Origin: Candidatus Latescibacterota bacterium
GTDB lineage: Bacteria; Latescibacterota; CBDEFO01
Direction: 5' to 3'
DNA length: 64,000 nt
Assembly (NCBI GenBank): GCA_965237525.1
Contig: CBDEFO010000008.1
Coordinates: 736,001-800,000 of the forward strand
Shown: positions 20,079-31,674 of the stretch, piece by piece
Layout of the letters: each line of letters opens with the position of its first letter
Position numbering within the stretch: the stretch's first letter is position 1
Notes under the pieces: generated by a model
What the model was told of the DNA's origin: nothing
What the model saw: only the letters and a program-made list of their open reading frames with translations
The model's database searches: none
Program-made: the position numbers and the translations under genes

Positions 20079-22310
20079 TCACTTTGTGGACTGCAAGTGG
20101 TACAGCCGTGCTGTGAAGGTCCGCTTCAGGGTTGCCCCGAACGATCGTTCCTTTGCGTCCAGGCGTGCGACGACTTGCTCGGTGAACAGGTCGGTGACTT
20201 CCAACACTGCCTCGCCGGGCACCGACACCTTCACGCGGCCGGGGTTCGGTGAGTAGTCCGACACGAGCAAGACGCTTTCGTCGTCTTTCACTCTGGCCAA
20301 CAGGTTCACCGAGTCCGTGTCGCTCGTGTAGCCGTCCTGAACCGCGCCGTCCAGGATTATGTCTTCCACGGGGGAGAACATCTTGATGGCCTCGGCCATA
20401 TCTACCATGTGACCGGTGTCAGTCCCTATGTGATAGCACCAGACGTGGACCCCTTGCGAACCGCCCATGACTACTTCGAGTACCTGGGAGCGCGCGTCAC
20501 CAGGTGGGCTTCCCAGGTATCCCGGAGAGATAGTGAATAAGAGTTTCACGCCGGCCTGGGGCGCCAATCTGGCCACGTTCTCCCGCAATACGCGCGCGCT
20601 TGAGTAGTCCATGTTAGCTACATAATCCAGAGCCTCTGCCAGAGCCTTGTTTGAATGCAGGCCGATGACTGGCCCGCCGCCTATGTAAGCCTGCACCCAC
20701 GGATACGGAGTCGTTTTCACCCGGGTCTCCTTGAGGGCTTCAAAGAACGCTTGCCGGATCAGGGAATATTTCTCGGCGACCAGGTAACCGCGGAAAAGAA
20801 GCCACGCATCGTAGTGCCCGTGATATTTGTGCGGCTGCCTGGCGAAGGTCTTCGGACTGACCTTCTCCAAATTGGGTTCATGCTCAGCGAGCCACTGTTC
20901 CCAACGTTTCATGCAACGGTCATCAAAGCAGATGATTGGACTTTCGTTGCCTCTCATGGCGTACCACTCGTCGTCCAGGGACAGGGCGGAGGCGTATCGG
21001 GCAGATTCTTTCGCGTTGGCGAGCTGAAGGGTGAAAGCTGCACCTCGGTAGGATGGGCACATAAGTTTAGCGTGTTTTCCATTTAGCCTAACCGCGCGGG
21101 CATCAGGGTACTTTTCGGCATCGAAGTCCCAGTTCGGTGACCATTGGTTGGCGCTGGATATCCCCTCGGCGTAATACGGTCGAACATCACTGCGTCCCCA
21201 TACTTCCATACGGGTGAAGCCGAAGCGTTTTAGGTCGCGCACCATGGCCCCTCGTCCACCTTCCCAGTTGTTGAAAGTCTCCGGAGCCACGGTGATCATC
21301 GTGACCGCTCTTTTCGGCGGGGTTACCTGCGGCGGCTCGACCCCCTGGAAGTAGATCGGCATCGGGAGCTGAGAGCCACCGTGCCATTCGTACTGGACGT
21401 ATCCGACTGCCAACTCGCCCGCTTCCAGGTCGCTGTCGATCACCATCTCGCACTTGCCAGGCGGCAGCTCAACGTGCATGCTCCCGTCGGAAAGATCGGT
21501 CACTTTGGGGGTTATTGCCCTCCACTGCACTTTGCGGAAGCGAATGCCGGGCGGCAGCCACAACGAGATCCGTCCCTCCGGGTCTGGGGTTGGGTTAAAG
21601 CGACCCCAGATTTCGAAAGAGTTAGGATAGTTGCGAGCCACCCTGGCGAAGTTGCGTTTATGGAAGGCGTACCCACGCGGACCTTGATCGCCTTTAGGCT
21701 CCCAAGGGATAAGGTGGTGCTCGTAAGGGGTAGATGCCGGATGATGAGTCTGCCAGAGCGCCCGGGTGGCCTCAAGCATGCTACATTCGCGGACCACAGG
21801 TTCAGTGAATAGCATCTCACCGCTCCAGCCTCGGCCTCCCAACTTCAATGTCAGACGATCTGAATCAGTTGCGTGTTCGATCAATCGCAGCTGGTGCCAC
21901 TCCGCCTTCGGCAATTCCCATGCGTCATCAAAATTATTTCTCCCACTTACACCGCGGCCTCCCTGCAGCATAAGATACGGGGCAAAACCGAGGTTACGCA
22001 TCCCCGCGCTGTTGACCCACACCTCCGCTACGTACCAGCGCCAGGGTCGAACGGGGATCTCCTGGATGATGTAAGATTCGCCCAGTTCGTCGTTGTAGAT
22101 GCGTATAGCCCGACTTTCGGGCCTGCGACCCTTGACAACGGTGCATTCACTCTTCTGGTCCTCGGCCAAATCCATCAGCCAGCCGAAATTCTTCTCGCCG
22201 GGCTCGCCCTGGCGCAAGTCGCTGTTTACCAACAAGTTATCTGGAGTATATGCAGAAGAGTTCAGAGCAACCGACATAATCAGAATAGTACACGAGACTA
22301 CAAATCTCAT
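20079..22310 (-). CDS. Distant sixth paralogue of the array family (A6, 743 aa, signal peptide)
   Basis: Shares NLLVNSD, VRPWRWYVAEVWV, LDDE, SPPGDARSQVLE, ARLYHL blocks with A1-A5. Confidence 0.8.
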   Translation of the reverse strand: MRFVVSCTILIMSVALNSSAYTPDNLLVNSDLRQGEPGEKNFGWLMDLAEDQKSECTVVKGRRPESRAIRIYNDELGESYIIQEIPVRPWRWYVAEVWVNSAGMRNLGFAPYLMLQGGRGVSGRNNFDDAWELPKAEWHQLRLIEHATDSDRLTLKLGGRGWSGEMLFTEPVVRECSMLEATRALWQTHHPASTPYEHHLIPWEPKGDQGPRGYAFHKRNFARVARNYPNSFEIWGRFNPTPDPEGRISLWLPPGIRFRKVQWRAITPKVTDLSDGSMHVELPPGKCEMVIDSDLEAGELAVGYVQYEWHGGSQLPMPIYFQGVEPPQVTPPKRAVTMITVAPETFNNWEGGRGAMVRDLKRFGFTRMEVWGRSDVRPYYAEGISSANQWSPNWDFDAEKYPDARAVRLNGKHAKLMCPSYRGAAFTLQLANAKESARYASALSLDDEWYAMRGNESPIICFDDRCMKRWEQWLAEHEPNLEKVSPKTFARQPHKYHGHYDAWLLFRGYLVAEKYSLIRQAFFEALKETRVKTTPYPWVQAYIGGGPVIGLHSNKALAEALDYVANMDYSSARVLRENVARLAPQAGVKLLFTISPGYLGSPPGDARSQVLEVVMGGSQGVHVWCYHIGTDTGHMVDMAEAIKMFSPVEDIILDGAVQDGYTSDTDSVNLLARVKDDESVLLVSDYSPNPGRVKVSVPGEAVLEVTDLFTEQVVARLDAKERSFGATLKRTFTARLYHLQSTK

Positions 22311-22594
22311 TTTCAGAATTCCCTTTTGGGATTGATATTAACTGTTGTGGAATAACCACTAATCCCCGATACTTTGCTCCACCTCCTCATCCGTTGGGGA
22401 GTATAGGATGGACTACGATCTCTTTAAAGGAGGAATATTCATCCATAAGAGCTGGCTGCCATGAATCCCTTATGCAAACTTTCACTAACATACACCTGAT
22501 TTGGATACTGCTATCTATCTAATTTATGTGGATATAACGATTCCCTACCACTTTGAAGGGGGCAATTCTTGCTTGACCACCTGCACTAATGTAA

Positions 22595-24772
22595 TTAATA
22601 GACGACAGAGACAGTCCCTGTCGCCGTCTCCTCCTCTTCCTGAGCCTCTACCGATATGCGATAGACATATATCCCCGGCGGAACAAGATTATCCTTGTCG
22701 TCTCCCCCATCCCAATGCCGGGTATATTGTCCTACGGAGTCGTTCCCAGAATAGACTGTCTTTATAAAGACACCGGAAAGATCGTATATATCGATTGAGA
22801 CAGGAACAGAGGCAGTCAGCCTCACAATGGTATAAGATATGTTCAGTACATCATTGACACCGTCGCCATTGGGTGTAAAGGGATTTGGAGAGACCTCTGG
22901 TGAGGACAATATCGATTCGGCCAAAGACGTTATCACCGTAAGGACATCGCTTTCGATCTCATCGGCCACGTTGCCAGGCTTGATCCTCTGACGAACTTCG
23001 TGAGGGTTTGCGCTGTCGAACACCCTGCCGTCAAAAAAGGTCCCGCGCTCCCTCAAAACAGGAGCTTGGAAGACTACTTCAACTGTGACTCCGCTGTCCC
23101 GTGTATCCAACTTTCTGGGTAATGTGACCTCAAAGCCTGAGCCGTCCTCCTTTATCGTCGTGTTGAAGGCGTCCTGATTGATTTCATCTACTCGAAGCGA
23201 ATCCACCGAAGTAACCCCATAAGGTGTGGTGATCTCCACGCTGTCGAATCCTTTATCCACAGCTGCCATCGTTGCAGTGACAAAATAGGTAAACTTATGT
23301 GATACCTTGCCTATCTCGACTTCTGCAGGGAAGATCTCACCTACTATCTCTCGAGCCGCAGGAGGCACAGAGGCCTTAAACTGTAAATACTCGATCCGGC
23401 TGCCATCGTTACCTTCGGAGGTAAAATCCACGCCGATCTGAAAGAATTTGCGGGGACCAGGAGAGGCGATAGCTTCTCCCGGACTTTCAAACTTGTAAGG
23501 AGCAGACCAGAAGCTCCAGTTTTCCGTATCGTAAGTCACTGGACCCTTAACACTACCAGGGAGTTTGTCGTACTCACTTTTGTACTCCTTTGAGCTGAGG
23601 TCTTTTCCCCCCTTTTCGGGAGGCAAAACTACCGGCGTTTGCTGCTCAGGGTTGATTCTCCAGTAGACGTCCGGATGACGATCTGTCCCGCTCCTGGTTC
23701 GGATCCTAGCCTCGGCCTTGGGATCACTACTGCCAGACCAGGTGATCTCGCCGAAACTGGCGATGTCGTCCAACTCAATTATCTCAGCTATAAAAAAGGC
23801 TTCATCTACAAAGCCCTCTCCCAAGACCTCAAACTCGGCGATCTCTATCGTCTTCCCAAGGGTATAGATCAACAACGCGACATAAGAGATTTTCTCCGGC
23901 GGATCAAGCGGTATTATAACTTCAGGAAATAGATTTTCAACTGGCTCATGAGCTGCAGAGGGGCCAGATACACGTTCAGTTTGACCACGAGTGCCTGGGT
24001 GTTTGTACTTGGCAAACTGTCGGAAGCTCGGGATGTAACCTGTTCCTCGACACAAGTGGGACTCGAGGAAATCCTCCGGGCGGCCAAGGCTGGTGCCCAA
24101 TTCGTAGTCCTCTATGAAGTGAGTCTCATATTCCTCACCCTCAGGGGATATTCCTTCACGAGTGTGGAATCTTACTTTATTGACGACAAATAGTCCGCCT
24201 AAGTTAATAACTATCCGGTAAGGCGCATTATGACATCTTGCGCCAGTTCTTAGCTCCCCAGGGCGCGGCGGCCAAGGCCAGACAAAAGCCGTGGTAGGAT
24301 CCCCATCTATCATGTTATTCCCAATGTTGCCTTCGATTCCATATGCCTCATTGTTGCCTAGACTCTCACTGCCTTGGGTACCGTTGGCTATCCATCCACC
24401 TCTGTCCAGAGCCGTTGCGGCTATGCTCTCACCCTCCCTGATAAACTTGGGTTGAATTGAACCGGCATCCGCCGCCTTCAGGGAGTTCACATCCAGATTC
24501 GCCACCGACTCATAATTCAGCCAGCTGATCTCCTTGAAAGCGAGCCCTATCTCCTGGAGACTGTCCCTTTCTGCAGGCGAAAAGGGCTTCCCGATTCTAT
24601 AGATAATCGCAGAAGAGGCGTCATCTAAAAAGATGGCGCTGACCATCAAAGCAAGCGGAATCAATCCTGCCAGCCTACATAAAATACTACCCATTCTTGC
24701 GCACCAAGACATTTTTATCACCCCATTGGAGATTAATCGGTCTGACTTCCCGTGATTAACGGAGTTTGACAC
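22595..24772 (-). CDS. Secreted discoidin-like / FlgD-Ig C-terminal-domain protein
   Basis: 725-aa ORF; MIDGDPTT...EIAEFEV discoidin-like pattern; C-terminal PNPFTPNGDGVND...IYDLSG...WDG...PGIYVYRI. Confidence 0.75.
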   Translation of the reverse strand: MSNSVNHGKSDRLISNGVIKMSWCARMGSILCRLAGLIPLALMVSAIFLDDASSAIIYRIGKPFSPAERDSLQEIGLAFKEISWLNYESVANLDVNSLKAADAGSIQPKFIREGESIAATALDRGGWIANGTQGSESLGNNEAYGIEGNIGNNMIDGDPTTAFVWPWPPRPGELRTGARCHNAPYRIVINLGGLFVVNKVRFHTREGISPEGEEYETHFIEDYELGTSLGRPEDFLESHLCRGTGYIPSFRQFAKYKHPGTRGQTERVSGPSAAHEPVENLFPEVIIPLDPPEKISYVALLIYTLGKTIEIAEFEVLGEGFVDEAFFIAEIIELDDIASFGEITWSGSSDPKAEARIRTRSGTDRHPDVYWRINPEQQTPVVLPPEKGGKDLSSKEYKSEYDKLPGSVKGPVTYDTENWSFWSAPYKFESPGEAIASPGPRKFFQIGVDFTSEGNDGSRIEYLQFKASVPPAAREIVGEIFPAEVEIGKVSHKFTYFVTATMAAVDKGFDSVEITTPYGVTSVDSLRVDEINQDAFNTTIKEDGSGFEVTLPRKLDTRDSGVTVEVVFQAPVLRERGTFFDGRVFDSANPHEVRQRIKPGNVADEIESDVLTVITSLAESILSSPEVSPNPFTPNGDGVNDVLNISYTIVRLTASVPVSIDIYDLSGVFIKTVYSGNDSVGQYTRHWDGGDDKDNLVPPGIYVYRISVEAQEEEETATGTVSVVY

Positions 24773-25020
24773 CAGGGTTCCCTCCCTTCAGGTAAAAGCC
24801 CAGTATCGCATCAAAATAGTATGCACAAGTTTATAGGGATCCTAAATAGCAGGCAATACACAGGGAGAGGCAACCTAAGTCAGATTGCTTCGCCCACTTC
24901 GCGGTTTGCTGGCACTTCGTCCCCCAGCAAAAAGGGGTCGCAGCAGTGTAAGAGATGCCCACGCCGCGAATGCCCGATTGCATCCCCGATTGAGCCTATT
25001 GGGGAGCGGGGGCTACTTGT

Positions 25021-27765
25021 TTAATATGCAACCTGCACTAACCGGCTGACTGAAGTATCTTCAGCAGAATCTGAATCGGTGTCAACATTAATCCTTATAA
25101 CATATATACCAGGAGTGACTAACCCTCCTGACTTATCAACGCCATCCCAGATCACTGCATCGTCTTTTTTATATGCCCCCGAAGAAAGAGAGTCATTCAG
25201 CAACTCAACAACTATATTGCCGCTAAGATCGTATATCTGCACCTGCACAGGAGTTGATAACCCCACACGCAACAGTAAAAAGCTTATCGACGTCTTATCG
25301 TTGATCCCGTCTCCATTGGGTGTAATTATCTTAGGATCTACCTCAATAGCATCTAATATCTTATTCCCCTCAAGGGCTAATACTACTGTCTTTTCGCTGT
25401 CTGTAACGCCATTAGCATCACCATCGTCCGTCCTCTGCCAGGAACCCTCTACGGATGAATTGCCTATAGAACCATCGAAAAATGTGCTGAATCCGAATAA
25501 CTGCGCTTCAAACTTGACCTCCAATAGAACATTACCTGTAGTCGTCTTTATACGACCCGGCAGCCGAACCCACAGTGAATCGGACTCAGGTCTGGATAAA
25601 ACCTCAAAACCTTCGCTTTCATCTGTATAACTTTCATCAGGTTCCCTCAGATCGCCATCTATGATCATGTCTTCAATGCTTTCATCCTCCCACTTATTGA
25701 CCTGCTTAAAGTTCATCCTGACTCCAGAAGGCGCCTCGATAAGGATCTCATCCAACCCTTTGCTCCTAAAATCAAACGTGGGGCGGATGAAAAAGGACAG
25801 TTCCTGCTTAATGCCTATCGAATCCAGACGGGAAGGTGTTACCTCTCCGATCACAGCTCTGGCAACGGGGTCACCTGCCAAGAAATTGAGCCTCACTGAA
25901 CGCAAAGTAGCAAATCGAAAAGGATCGTCCGTCAGAAAGGTAGCTCGGATCATTGCGTATTTTCTGGGACTGGGAGATCTGAACCTGTCCCCCGAACGCA
26001 CATAGGGCTCACTCCAGCCGCTCCAATCACTTCCTGCGAGTGTCTCTTCAACTATATCCCCCTCATCAAAACTGAAAAGCTGGTTATATGCTTTTTCTGC
26101 TTGTTCCTCGTTCCCCGGGTGCAATTCTCTGCCTCTGGGATTGCCCCCTACCTTCTTGAAGTAGTGTTTTATCTGCTCGACCGTATCACCTGTCTTTGTC
26201 TGAATAAGCACATCTGTGCCTTCAGGCGTATCTGCATCCCACTCTATCGACGTCAGATTCTTTATCCCCGGCAGCTCAAAGAAGGGGGATCTCCCTTCAA
26301 AGATAGATACGATCTGGGTCTCCGGCAGATAGCCCTCTCCGAATAATTGAATCTCCTTTATTCCGGCACGTCCTCCCCCTCCACTTACCCCAACCAGATT
26401 CCAGATAAGGGAGAAGAATTTAGCTTTGGAAGCCTCAAATTTGAGGTCGTGATATTTTGTTGCAACTAACGGGGTTTCGGTGGAACTCACTTCCGCCACA
26501 ATCTTCCAGGCTAGGCTCCCGTCAGGAGTCCTGGAACCGTCCGACACCCTCATCGCGTAATTTCTGTCAAGCGTGCCCTGACCGAACACCCCCCCTAAAT
26601 CCGTAATCATCCGAACGTTATCTAAAAAGAAGGTACCTCCAAGATCCATAAGTAACTCGCGCTCAACTTGCAAATTATCCGGCGCTGGGTCGTTCTTATA
26701 TTGATTCGCAATGTTGTACGCCGGGTTGACTTTACCATCCACTACATTCGCTTCATTTGGGGCTTCAGTGCTCTCTAAAGTGCCGCCGCGATCTATTATG
26801 CCCAAAGCGATGTTATCGCCAATTGACCACACCTCAACCTCCGCCAACCTCGGCAACTCCCGACGGTAGTGGACTGCAGGCCCTCGTTTGCTCGTATCCT
26901 CTATAGCCTCCCAATACTCTAAGCCTTCAACCAATCTCAACCTGCCTGTTGACGTTCGTCTGAAGTAGTCTATATCTCCCTGTTCGTCAGGCTCCAGACT
27001 CTCATATCCAGATTCGGTGACCCGCTGCCCCCTACCGTATCTGCTATCTGTTATTACCACGACCAAATATCTGATAACATCACCCGTGAAATCCCCGAGT
27101 ACATCTGGAAAATCAGTGGGCGTCAGAGGAGTCATATCCACCTCAAAGACCCTCTCATCCAGGTTAGGCGTGTCCGTACCCAAGACCTTTCTGAATCTAA
27201 GCAGGTCACTCCGACCAGGGAACGGCTCCCCCTGAGCCGTTAGGACCTTAAACTGCAAAAATGGATCTCCAATATCCTCCCCCACGAACCTGAGAACGAT
27301 CTTGGTGGCAGATATAAGCCGCCCCAGATCTATCCGCACCCACCAATTCTCTATAGGGTCATCCATGTCGGGCTCCCAGAAGGTGTCCATTTCGCCATCC
27401 ATAAGGTCGGCGGCGATTGAGGCGTTTGAACCTGCCGCCGAGATCCCTCCTCCAAACTCAGACGCATTTGTGATAGTGTCTATGCCGGGAACCCTCACCA
27501 TCTGACCATCTACCTCGATTTCTGTGCTCTTGCGCATGAACCCAGGTCTTACTCCCTCATCGGTGACCTGGATCGTCTTTGCAGCAGCCTTCCAGAATAA
27601 CCATTGCTCCTTCGAATCTATGACGACCCTGTTGCCGCCCACGATCGAATATCCCTGACGCTCCACACGAACCTGAGCCTGCACACGAACAGGAAATAGC
27701 AAAAGTACCAAACTCATCATAAGAACAGCTTCGCAAGCACAACGTATAGTTCTAAGATCTCTCAC
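25021..27765 (-). CDS. Secreted discoidin-like / FlgD-Ig C-terminal-domain protein (914 aa)
   Basis: GGAGG RBS, signal peptide (VQAQ), LMDGEMDTFW..IDLGR, ITPNGDGIND...IYDLSG...WDG...PGIYVIRI. Confidence 0.75.
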   Translation of the reverse strand: MRDLRTIRCACEAVLMMSLVLLLFPVRVQAQVRVERQGYSIVGGNRVVIDSKEQWLFWKAAAKTIQVTDEGVRPGFMRKSTEIEVDGQMVRVPGIDTITNASEFGGGISAAGSNASIAADLMDGEMDTFWEPDMDDPIENWWVRIDLGRLISATKIVLRFVGEDIGDPFLQFKVLTAQGEPFPGRSDLLRFRKVLGTDTPNLDERVFEVDMTPLTPTDFPDVLGDFTGDVIRYLVVVITDSRYGRGQRVTESGYESLEPDEQGDIDYFRRTSTGRLRLVEGLEYWEAIEDTSKRGPAVHYRRELPRLAEVEVWSIGDNIALGIIDRGGTLESTEAPNEANVVDGKVNPAYNIANQYKNDPAPDNLQVERELLMDLGGTFFLDNVRMITDLGGVFGQGTLDRNYAMRVSDGSRTPDGSLAWKIVAEVSSTETPLVATKYHDLKFEASKAKFFSLIWNLVGVSGGGGRAGIKEIQLFGEGYLPETQIVSIFEGRSPFFELPGIKNLTSIEWDADTPEGTDVLIQTKTGDTVEQIKHYFKKVGGNPRGRELHPGNEEQAEKAYNQLFSFDEGDIVEETLAGSDWSGWSEPYVRSGDRFRSPSPRKYAMIRATFLTDDPFRFATLRSVRLNFLAGDPVARAVIGEVTPSRLDSIGIKQELSFFIRPTFDFRSKGLDEILIEAPSGVRMNFKQVNKWEDESIEDMIIDGDLREPDESYTDESEGFEVLSRPESDSLWVRLPGRIKTTTGNVLLEVKFEAQLFGFSTFFDGSIGNSSVEGSWQRTDDGDANGVTDSEKTVVLALEGNKILDAIEVDPKIITPNGDGINDKTSISFLLLRVGLSTPVQVQIYDLSGNIVVELLNDSLSSGAYKKDDAVIWDGVDKSGGLVTPGIYVIRINVDTDSDSAEDTSVSRLVQVAY

Positions 27766-27954
27766 CGCCTACCTCCTTTTCTTAGTTGATCAAACCTAAA
27801 ACCCAGCTACATCTGTATCGCTTCCTCAACCGCAGGCTAAGGATAGCTTTATGATTATGACCTCAATTAGTGCAACAAAGTTTCAAGCTAAACCCGAATA
27901 ATTCACAAAAAAAGGCCGTGTATTAATTAAGGGATTGTATTGTTTAACCACCTT

Positions 27955-28120
27955 CGGTGTCCTTGCGAGCCGAAGGCGAAGCAATCCCCCCGATAGATTT
28001 AATCGGGGGTTACTGTGGTAGATGTAATACTCTCCGGCTCTCATAGGAGACCACTATAAAACCTTGAGATTGCTTCCCCGATAGACTCAATCGGGGACCG
28101 CTTTGCTCCTCGCAATGACT
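27955..28120. repeat. Intergenic REP-like inverted repeat (GTCnTTGCGAG...GCAATC / GAGATTGCTTC...CGCAATGAC) with two nested CCCCGAT palindromes
   Basis: Arms at ~27958-27985 and ~28066-28119; related arms at 61914-61960. Confidence 0.6.
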
Positions 28121-28145
28121 GCACCAAGTTTATGAATTAATCTAA

Positions 28146-30265
28146 CTAATAGACAACAGATACAGTCCCGGTCTTAGTCTCCTCCTCTTCCTGAGCCTCT
28201 ACCGATATGCGATAGACATGTATCCCGGGTGGAACAAGATTATCCTTATTGTCTCTCCCATCCCAATGCCGGCTATATTGTCCTACGGAGTCGTTCCCAG
28301 AATAGACTGTCTTTATATAAAGACACCGGAAAGATCGTATATTTCGATTGAGACAGGAACAGGAGCCGTCAGCCTCAAAATGGTATAAGATATGTTCAGT
28401 ACATCGTTGACACCGTCGCCATTCGGTGTAAAGGGATTTGGGGAGACCTCTGGTGAAGACAATATCGATTCGGCGAAAGGCGTTATTACCGTAAGGACAT
28501 CGCTTTCGATCTCATCTGCCGCGTTGCCAGGATTGATCCTCTGACGAACTTCGTGAGGGTTTGCGCTGTCGAACACCCTGCCGTCAAAAAAGGTCCCGCG
28601 CTCCCTCAAAACAGGAGCTTGGAACACTACTTCAACTGTGACTCCGCTGTCTCGTGTATCCAACTTCCTGGGCAATGTGACCTCAAAGCCTGAGCCGTCC
28701 TCCTTTATCGTCGTGTTGAAGTCGTCCTGATTGATTTCATCTACTCGAAGCGAATCCACCGAAGTAACCCCATAAGGTGTAGTGATCTCCAGGCTGTCGA
28801 ATCCTTTATCCACAGCTGCCATCGTTGCAGTGACAAAATAGGTGAACTTATGTGATACCTTCCCTATCTCTACTTCCGCAGGGAAGATCTCACCAACTAT
28901 CTGTCGAGCCGCAGGAGGCACAGAGGCCTTAAACTGTAAATACTTGATCCGGCTGCCATCGTTACCTTCGGAGGTAAAATCCACGCCGATCTGAAAGAAT
29001 TTGCGGGGACCAGGAGAGGCGATAGCCTCTCCCGGACTTTCAAACTTGTAAGGTGCAGACCAGAAGCTCCAGTTTTCCGAATCGTAAGTCACTGGACCCC
29101 GAACACTACTAGGGAGTAAGTCGTACTCACTTTTGTACTCCTTTGAGCTGAGGTCTTTTCCCCCCTTTTCGGGAGGCAAAACTACCGGCGTTTGCTGCTC
29201 AGGGTTGATTCTCCAGTAGACGTCCGGATGACGATCTGTCCCACTCCTGGTTCGGATCCTAGCCTCGGCCTTGGGATCACTACTGCCAGACCAGGTGATC
29301 TCGCCGAAACTGGCGATGTCGTCCATCTCAATTATGTCAGCTATATAAGAGGCTTCTTCTACAAAGCCCTGTCCCAAGACCTCAAACTCGGCGATCTCTA
29401 TCGTCTTCACAGATCGGGTATAGATCAACAACGCGACATAAGAGGTTTTCTCCGGCGGATCAAGCGGTATTATAACTTCAGGAAATATATTTACAACGCG
29501 CTCATGATCTGCACTGGCGCCAGATGGAAATCCAGATTGACCTATACGGCCCAGGTGAGTGTACTTGGCAAACTGTCGGAAGCTCGGGATGTAACCTGTT
29601 CCTCGACACAAGTGGGTCTCGATGAAATCCTCCGGGCGGCGGCCAAGGCTGGTACCCAATTCGTAGCCCTCTATGAAGTGGGTCTCATATTCCTCACCCT
29701 CAGGGGATATTCCACCACGAGTGTAGAATCTTACTTTATCAACGACAAATAGTCCGCCTAAGTATATAACTATCCGGTGAGGCGCACCATGACATCGTGC
29801 GCCCCCTCTTGCCCTCCTTGAGGCAGGCCAGACAAAAGCTGTGGTAGGATCCCCATCTATCATGTTATTCCCAATGTTGCCTTCGATTCCATATGCCTCA
29901 TTGTTGCCTAGACTCTCACTGCCTTGGGTACCTACGGCTACCCATCCACCTCCTCTGTCCAGAGCCGTTGCGGCTATGCTCTCACCCTCCCTGATAAACT
30001 TCGGTTGAATTGAACCGGCATCCGCTGCCTTCAGGGAGTCCGCATCCAGATTCGCCACCGACTCATAATTCAGCCAGCTGATCTCCTTGAGCTCAATCCC
30101 TATCCCCTGGAGACTGTCTCTTTCTGCAGGCGAAAAGGGCTTTCCGATTCTAAAGATAATCGCAGAAGAGGCGTCATCTAAAAAGATGGCGGTGACCATC
30201 AAAGCAAGAAGAATCAACCCTGTCAGCTTTGATAGAACACTGCTATTTCTTGTAAACCGGGGCAT
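28146..30265 (-). CDS. Close paralogue of 22595-24772; 2-nt (TA) frameshift near 28315
   Basis: High nucleotide identity to 22595-24700; reads gtctttatataaagac versus gtctttataaagac; homology continues to stop at 28146. Confidence 0.75.
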
Positions 30266-30666
30266 TGGTAATCACCCAATAAGAATTTTAATTAGTTTGC
30301 CCTTTATTGATTGACAGAACTTCATATCAGGATCTTCTGCTCTTTAGGTAAAAGCTAATTATGGGGTCAAAGTAGTCTGGAACAGATCATTGAGATACGA
30401 AATAGTACACCAACGAGGAAGAACAAACTTACGTGAGATTGCTTCGCCCACTTGGCCACTTCGCGGTTTCCTGGCACTTCGTCCCCCAGCAAACAGGGGC
30501 CGCAGCGGTGCACCCCTGCTCCGCCACAAAGCGCATCACGCAAGGCGCTTCAACCTTCGCTTTCAACCCGGATTTTTCATTTCATGATCGAATGGATTGC
30601 CGCCTCTTGTCTGTACTATCGCATCTCTCCATAGGCTCTCTGGCTAGAAGAACATTAGACGGAACG

Positions 30667-31674
30667 TTATGCCTTTCTCTCTCGTAATGGCGCGCTTTCC
30701 TGGTGCAGATGCTGCAGGATTTCCTTCACAGATTGAACGATTCCTGTCTCGTGATACGGGATGGAGTGTTCCTTACAGAACGCTTTGGCAATTTCCTGCG
30801 TTTCCTTCAGATTATTGCGCGGCATGTTGGGGAACAAGTGATGCTCAATCTGATAGTTGAGACACCCATACCAGAAATCAGTAAGAGGATGGCCTTTTAC
30901 ATTTCGAGCGGTTAGCACCTGACGCCGGAGAAAGTCCATCTCTTCGTTTTCGCGCACCATAAGCATACCTTTGTGATTGGGCGCAAAGACCGACCCCACA
31001 ATCAGACCCAATACTGCTTGGTTAATTATGATAAACAACACGGCGTGCCAAGCACTTAAGACAAAGAATAAGAAGCCAAAGTAGGCCGCGAAGTGGCACA
31101 TCATGAGCAGTGGTTCTGCTACAGGATATTTGATTTTGTTGGCAAATACGTATTGGATCCCTGCTAGCCGCAGGCCCAGTCCCTCGAGAAGCAACATCGG
31201 GTAAAAGAGGAAGGCCTGGTATTTTACGATGAACCTGAAAAACCCCTTCTTTTTAAGGGCCTGTTCCTTCGTGAAAGCCAGAACGGGAAAGTCTGCATCT
31301 GGGTCCAGAGCCAGGTGATTGGGATTGTTGTGATGGCGATTGTGCTTATCGATCCACCAGCTACGCTCAAAAGCCAACAAGAAGCAGACGGCAAGGCCTG
31401 CGATTTCATTGTTGCGGTCCGACCCAAAGATCTGCCTATGGCCTGCATCGTGGCCGATGAAACCTAACTGGGCGAAGACGAAGGCCAGAAAACCAGCATT
31501 TATGAGCTGCACCCAGAGGGTATCTACGAGTGCAAGGATTGTAAGGCTGAGGGCCAGCAGCCCTAAGGTTGAGAGTAGTTTATAGGTGTAGTAAGCGAGT
31601 TGCGTATCCAAGAGTCCGCGTTGTCTAACCAACTGTTTCAACTCTGCGTACTCGTTTATTGGCTGACGATCCAC
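30667..31674 (-). CDS. Membrane fatty acid (acyl-CoA) desaturase, delta-6-like
   Basis: Three His boxes HDAGH, HNRHH, QIEHHLFP plus hydrophobic segments. Confidence 0.9.
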   Translation of the reverse strand: MDRQPINEYAELKQLVRQRGLLDTQLAYYTYKLLSTLGLLALSLTILALVDTLWVQLINAGFLAFVFAQLGFIGHDAGHRQIFGSDRNNEIAGLAVCFLLAFERSWWIDKHNRHHNNPNHLALDPDADFPVLAFTKEQALKKKGFFRFIVKYQAFLFYPMLLLEGLGLRLAGIQYVFANKIKYPVAEPLLMMCHFAAYFGFLFFVLSAWHAVLFIIINQAVLGLIVGSVFAPNHKGMLMVRENEEMDFLRRQVLTARNVKGHPLTDFWYGCLNYQIEHHLFPNMPRNNLKETQEIAKAFCKEHSIPYHETGIVQSVKEILQHLHQESAPLRERKA

